A program made the translations under genes and the position numbers. A DNA stretch of 16,027 bases from Utricularia gibba (lineage: Eukaryota; Plantae; Magnoliophyta), in assembly GCA_002189035.1 (NCBI GenBank), contig NEEC01000303.1, positions 1 to 16,027 of the forward strand, read 5' to 3'. Shown in pieces: positions 11,196 through 16,027 of the stretch (position 1 is its first letter; each line of letters begins with the position of its first letter). The notes beneath the pieces were generated by a model. It was given only the letters and a program-made list of their open reading frames with translations, searched no databases and was not told where the DNA came from.

Positions 11196-11509
11196 ATCGA
11201 TTTGCATCCAGTTGACCTCATGAGCCATACAGAATCGGGGTCAAGGACCAAGTTCCCAGCGAGACTGGCCGCCACAAAACGAGAAGCGGTTCCTTGAAAA
11301 ACCATGTAGGCAGCCCCCGAAAACCGAACGATAATAAATACATCACTTTATTTGCCGGACTACAACTAACTCTCGTGCAAGCCAAACCTTACCTTTGTCC
11401 CGTTCCAGGTGCACCCAAAGACCGCCTGCTCAAGTATAAAGTAAGTTGTTGAAAAAATCATGTGGGGTGCACGTGATATCGCAATTTAAACAAATGCAAC
11501 ATTGTATTC
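11196..11509 (+). repeat. Representative type-A monomer (314 bp)
   Basis: A-diagnostic words: CATCCAGTTGACC, ATACAGAATCGGGGTCAAGG, TTCCCAGC, GAAGCGGTT, GCAGCCCCCG, GGACTACAACTAACTCTCG, GATATCGCA, GCAACATTGTATTC. Near-identical to the units at 4608, 5236, 10568 and 12137. Confidence 0.97.
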
Positions 11510-11823
11510 ATCGATTTGCATCCTTTTGTCCTCATGAGCCATAAAGAATCGCGGGCCCGGACCAAGTTCCTAGCGAGACTGGCCGCCACAAAACGAGAAG
11601 CTGTTCCTTGAAAAACCATGTAGGCAACACCGAAAACCGAACGTTAATAAATACATCACTTTCTTTGCCGGGCTACAACTTACTTTGGGCCAAGGCCTAA
11701 GCTGATCTTTTTCCGGTTCCAAGTGCACCCAAAGACCGCCTTCTCAAGTATAAAGTAAGTTGTTGAAAAAATCATGTGGGGTGCACGTGACATCATAATT
11801 TAAACAAATGCATCATTTTTTTA
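11510..11823 (+). repeat. Representative type-B monomer (314 bp)
   Basis: B-diagnostic words: CATCCTTTTGTCC, ATAAAGAATCGCGGGCCCGG, TTCCTAGC, GAAGCTGTT, GCAACACCG, GGGCTACAACTTACTTTGGGCCAAGGCCT, GACATCATA, and a terminal poly-T. Near-identical to the units at 4922, 5551 and 10881. Confidence 0.97.
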
Positions 11824-12136
11824 ATCGATTTGCATCCAGTTGACCTCATGAGCCATACAGAATCGGGGTCAAGGACCAAGTTCCCAGCGAGACTGGCCGC
11901 CACAAAACGAGAAGCTGTTCCTTGAAAAACCATGTAGGCAACACCGAAAACCGAACGTTAATAAATACATCACTTTCTTTGCCGGGCTACAACTTACTTT
12001 GGGCCAAGGCCTAAGCTGATCTTTTTCCGGTTCCAAGTGCCCCCAAGACCGCCTCCTCAGTATAAAGTAAGTTGTTGAAAAAAATCATGTGGGTGCACGT
12101 GACATCGTAATTTAAACAAATGCATCATTTTTTTTA
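11824..12136 (+). repeat. Chimeric monomer: 5' part type A, 3' part type B
   Basis: A alleles run up to TTCCCAGC (C at 11885) and B alleles start at GAAGCTGTT (T at 11916). The switch lies within the 30-bp block that is identical in A and B. Confidence 0.9.
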
Positions 12137-12756
12137 ATCGATTTGCATCCAGTTGACCTCATGAGCCATACAGAATCGGGGTCAAGGACCAAGTTCCCAG
12201 CGAGACTGGCCGCCACAAAACGAGAAGCGGTTCCTTGAAAAACCATGTAGGCAGCCCCCGAAAACCGAACGATAATAAATACATCACTTTATTTGCCGGA
12301 CTACAACTAACTCTCGGTGCAAGCCAAACCTTACCTTTGTCCCGTTCCAGTGCACCCAAAGACCGCCTGCTCAAGTATAAAGTAAGTTGTTGAAAAAATC
12401 ATGTGGGTGCACGTGATATCGCAATTTAAACAAATGCAACATTGTATTCATCGATTTGCATCCTTTTGTCCTCATGAGCCATAAAGAATCGCGGCCCGGA
12501 CCAAGTTCCTAGCGAGACTGGCCGCCACAAAACGAGAAGCTGTTCCTTGAAAAACCATGTAGGCAACACCGAAAACCGAACGTTAATAAATACATCACTT
12601 TCTTTGCCGGGCTACAACTTACTTTGGGCCAAGCCTAAGCTGACCTTTTTCCGGTTCCAAGTGCCCCCAAGACCGCCTCCTCAGTATAAAGTAATGTTAA
12701 AAAAATCATGTGGGTGCACGTGACATCGTAATTTAAACAAATGCATCATTTTTTTA

Positions 12757-12943
12757 ATCGATTTGCATCCAGTTGACCTCATGAGCCATACAGAATCGGG
12801 TCAAGGACCAAGTTCCCAGCGAGACTGGCCGCCACAAAACGAGAAGCGTTCCTTGAAAAACCATGTAGCAACACCGAAAACCGAACGTTAATAAATACAT
12901 CACTTTCTTTGCCGGGCTACAACTTACTTTGGCCAAGGCCTAA
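12757..12943 (+). repeat. Second A5'/B3' chimeric monomer, truncated by the scrambled zone
   Basis: CATCCAGTTGACC...TCAAGGACCAAGTTCCCAGC (A) is followed by GCAACACCG, AACGTTAAT, TTTCTTTGCCGGGC and GGCCAAGGCCTAA (B). Confidence 0.85.
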
Positions 12944-13510
12944 AGAAGTCGCGGTATAAAGCATGTGGGGTGCACGTGACATCAAGAATCATCCTAGCGA
13001 GCCACTGGACCAAGTTCCAGCAGAAAAAACGAGAAGCTGTTCCTTGAAAAACCATGTAGGCAACACCATCACTTTCTTTGCCGGGCTACAACTTACTTTG
13101 GCCAAGAAGCGTTAATAAGACCGCCTCCTCACATGTGGGGTGCACTGACATCGTCTGATTGCCCAGGGAGCCATACAAAGTTCTTAAAAACCATGTTAAT
13201 AAATACATCACTTTATTTGCCGGACTACAAGGCCTAAAGTGCCCCCCAAAGACCGCCTCCTCAAGTATCATGTTTGATATCGCGGTTCATCAAGTGCCAC
13301 GCCACCAAGTTCCTACCGCCTGTCTTGAAAAACCATGTAGTAATAAATACATCACTTTCTTTGCCGGGCTACAACTTACTTTGGCCAAGCCTAAGCTGAC
13401 CTTTTTCCGGTTCCAAAAACCGCCTCCTCAAGTCATGTGGGGTGCACGTGACATCGTAATTTAAACAAATGATCATTTTTTTAAATTTGCAAACCTGGCC
13501 ATACATTTTT
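12942..13510 (+). repeat. Compressed segment: several monomers reduced to about half length
   Basis: CATCACTTT occurs at about 12898, 13067, 13206, 13350 and 13583 (spacing 169, 139, 144, 233 instead of ~314), with alleles in the order B, B, A, B, A. Confidence 0.85.
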
Positions 13511-16027
13511 GGCCGCCACAAAACGAGAAGCGTTCCTTGAAAAACCATGTAGGCAGCCCCGAAAACCGAACGATAATAAATACATCACTTTATTTGCCGG
13601 ACTACAACTACTCTCGGCAAGCCAACCTTACCTTTGTCCCGTTCCAGTGCACCCAAAGACCGCCTCTCAAGTATAAAGTAAGTTGTTGAAAAAATCATGT
13701 GGGGTGCACGTGATATCGCAATTTAAACAAATGAACATTGTATTCATCGATTTGCATCCTTTTGTCCTCATGAGCCATAAAGAATCGGGCCCGGACCAAG
13801 TTCCTAGCGAGACTGGCCGCCACAAAACGAGAAGCTGTTCCTTGAAAAACCATGTAGGCAACACCGAAAACCGAACGTTAATAAATACATCACTTTCTTT
13901 GCCGGGCTACAACTTACTTTGGGCCAAGCCTAAGCTGATCTTTTTCCGGTTCCAAGTGCACCCAAAGACCGCCTTCTCAAGTATAAAGTAAGTTGTTGAA
14001 AAAATCATGTGGGTGCACGTGACATCTAATTTAAACAAATGGATCATTTTTTTTAATCGATTTGCATCCAGTTGACCTCATGAGCCATACAGAATCGGGG
14101 TCAAGGACCGAAGTTCCCAGCGAGACTGGCCGCCACAAAACGAGAAGCGGTTCCTTGAAAAACCATGTAGGCAGCCCCGAAAACCGAACGATAATAAATA
14201 CATCACTTTATTTGCCGGACTACAACTAACTCTCGATGCAAGCCAAACCTTACCTTGTCCCGTTCCAGTGCACCCAAAGACCGCCTGCTCAAGTATAAAG
14301 TAAGTTGTTGAAAAAATCATGTGGGTGCACGTGATATCGCAATTTAAACAAATGCAACATTGTATTCATCGATTTGCATCCTTTTGTCCTCATGAGCCAT
14401 AAAGAATCGCGGGCCCGGACCAAGTTCCTAGCGAGACTGGCCGCCACAAAACGAGAAGCTGTTCCTTGAAAAACCATGTAGGCAACACGAAAACCGAACG
14501 TTAATAAATACATCACTTTCTTTGCCGGGCTACAACTTACTTTGGGCCAAGCCTAAGCTGATCTTTTTCCGTTCCAAGTGCCCCAAGACCGCCTCTCAAG
14601 TATAAAGTATGTTGTTTGAAAAAATCATGTGGGTGCACGTGACATCGTAATTTAAACAAATGCATCATTTTTTTTAATCGATTTGCATCCAGTTGACCTC
14701 ATGAGCCATACAGAATCGGGTCAAGGACCAAGTTCCCAGCGAGACTGGCCGCCACAAAACGAGAAGCGGTTCCTTGAAAAAACCATGTAGCAGCCCCCGA
14801 AAACCGAACGATAATAAATACATCACTTTATTTGCCGGACTACAACTAACTCTGGGCAAGCCAAACCTTACCTTTTCCGTTCCAGTGCACCCAAAGACCG
14901 CCTGCTCAAGTATAAAGTAAGTTGTTGAAAAAATCATGTGGGTGCACGTGATATCGCAATTTAACAAATGCAACATTGTATTCATCGATTTGCATCCTTT
15001 TGTCCTCATGAGCCATAAAGAATCGCGGGCCCGACCAAGTTCCTAGCGAGACTGGCCGCCACAAAACGAGAAGCTGTTCCTTGAAAAACCATGTAGGCAA
15101 CACCGAAAACCGAACGTTAATAAATACATCACTTTCTTTGCCGGGCTACAACTTACTTTGGGCCAAGGCCTAAGCTGACCTTTTTCCGGTTCCAAGTGCA
15201 CCCAAAGACCGCCTTCTCAAGTATAAAGTAAGTTGTTGAAAAAATCATGTGGGTGCACGTGACATCATAATTTAAACAAATGCATCATTTTTTTTAATCG
15301 ATTTGCATCCAGTTGACCTCATGAGCCATACAGAATCGGGTCAAGACCAAGTTCCCAGCGAGACTGGCCGCCACAAAACGAGAAGCGTTCCTTGAAAAAC
15401 CATGTAGGCAGCCCCGAAAACCGAACGATAATAAATACATCACTTATTTGCCGGACTACAACTAACTCTTGCAAGCCAAACCTACCTTTGTCCCGTTCCA
15501 GTGCACCCAAGACCGCCTCTCAAGTATAAAGTAAGTTGTTGAAAAAATCATGTGGGGTGCACGTGATATCGCAATTTAAACAAATGCAACATTGTATTCA
15601 TCGATTTGCATCCTTTTGTCCTCATGAGCCATAAAGAATCGCGGGCCCGACCAAGTTCCTAGCGAGACTGGCCGCCACAAAACGAGAAGCTGTTCCTTGA
15701 AAAAACCATGTAGGCAACACCGAAAACCGAACGTTAATAAATACATCACTTTCTTTGCCGGGCTACAACTTACTTTGGGCCAAGGCCTAAGCTGATCTTT
15801 TTCCGGTTCCAAGTGCACCCAAAGACCGCCTTCTCAAGTATAAAGTAAGTTGTTGAAAAAATCATGTGGGTGCACGTGACATCGTAATTTAAACAAATGA
15901 TCATTTTTTTTAATCGATTTGCATCCAGTTGACCTCATGAGCCATACAGAATCGGGTCAAGGACCAAGTTCCCAGCGAGACTGGCCGCACAAAACGAGAA
16001 GCGGTTCCTTGAAAAACCATGTAGGCA
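13510..16027 (+). repeat. Regular alternating AB block with scattered small deletions
   Basis: B 13746, A 14056, B 14368, A 14677, B 14984, A 15297, B 15600, A 15913 (truncated by the window edge). Unit lengths are 303-313 bp. Confidence 0.93.

Larger units (their letters stand above)
10568..11823 (+). repeat. High-fidelity AB block (two dimers, period 628 bp)
   Basis: Anchors at 10568(A), 10881(B), 11196(A), 11510(B), 11824; 11196-10568=628 and 11824-11196=628. Confidence 0.95.
1..16027. repeat. Tandem satellite DNA array, ~314-bp monomer organised as a ~628-bp A/B dimeric higher-order repeat; extends beyond both window edges
   Basis: The anchor ATCGATTTGCATCC recurs at 10, 318, 624, 929, 1242, 1552, 1864, 2150, 2457, 2761, 3068, 3382, 3693, 4005, 4308, 4608, 4922, 5236, 5551, 5865, then 8969, 9281, 9589, 9900, 10568, 10881, 11196, 11510, 11824, 12137, 12450, 12757, then 13746, 14056, 14368, 14677, 14984, 15297, 15600, 15913. 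All copies are in the same orientation and there is no unique sequence. Confidence 0.99.

Noticed and set aside
16-15818. All 40+ ORFs in the six-frame track (60-138 aa)
   Set aside because: They are translations of the same repeat (recurring SCSPANKVMY, NKYITLFAGLQLT). Frames open and close according to homopolymer indels, no domain is recognisable, and the consensus has stops in the relevant frames.
1-16027. CRISPR array
   Set aside because: There are no unique spacers. The whole 314-bp unit repeats, and no cas genes or leader are present.
1-16027. 5S rDNA, tRNA or snRNA tandem gene cluster
   Set aside because: I could not find the 5S internal control region, tRNA A/B boxes with a cloverleaf, or any snRNA motif on either strand. 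The poly-T run alone is not sufficient evidence of a Pol III terminator.
1-16027. Rolling-circle or MDA concatemer of a single 628-bp circle
   Set aside because: It is not formally excluded. However, the linked B2 haplotype, the repeated chimeric monomers and the nested subunit hierarchy fit a genomic satellite better than copies of one template.

Overview
The whole 16,027-bp window is one head-to-tail tandem satellite array, roughly 50 monomer equivalents. It contains no credible gene, RNA gene, transposon or CRISPR array, and all listed ORFs are by-products of the repeat. The monomer is about 314 bp and about 46% GC. It comes in two types, A and B (about 88% identical by manual alignment), which alternate to form a ~628-bp dimeric higher-order repeat. 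Each monomer is itself an old dimer of two diverged ~155-160-bp subunits, giving a ~157 > ~314 > ~628 bp hierarchy reminiscent of eukaryotic (peri)centromeric satellites. The pattern is broken by A/B chimeric monomers (11824, 12757), mosaic units (1242, 3382, 9900), an A-A step (1864/2150), a B sub-haplotype, an insertion-rich unit (~10180-10400) and two scrambled or compressed zones (~6074-8795, ~12942-13510). Deletion-biased homopolymer noise and bases missing exactly at A/B-diagnostic sites suggest that part of this variation is long-read or consensus artefact. The organism cannot be identified from the sequence alone. All alignments and counts were done by eye.
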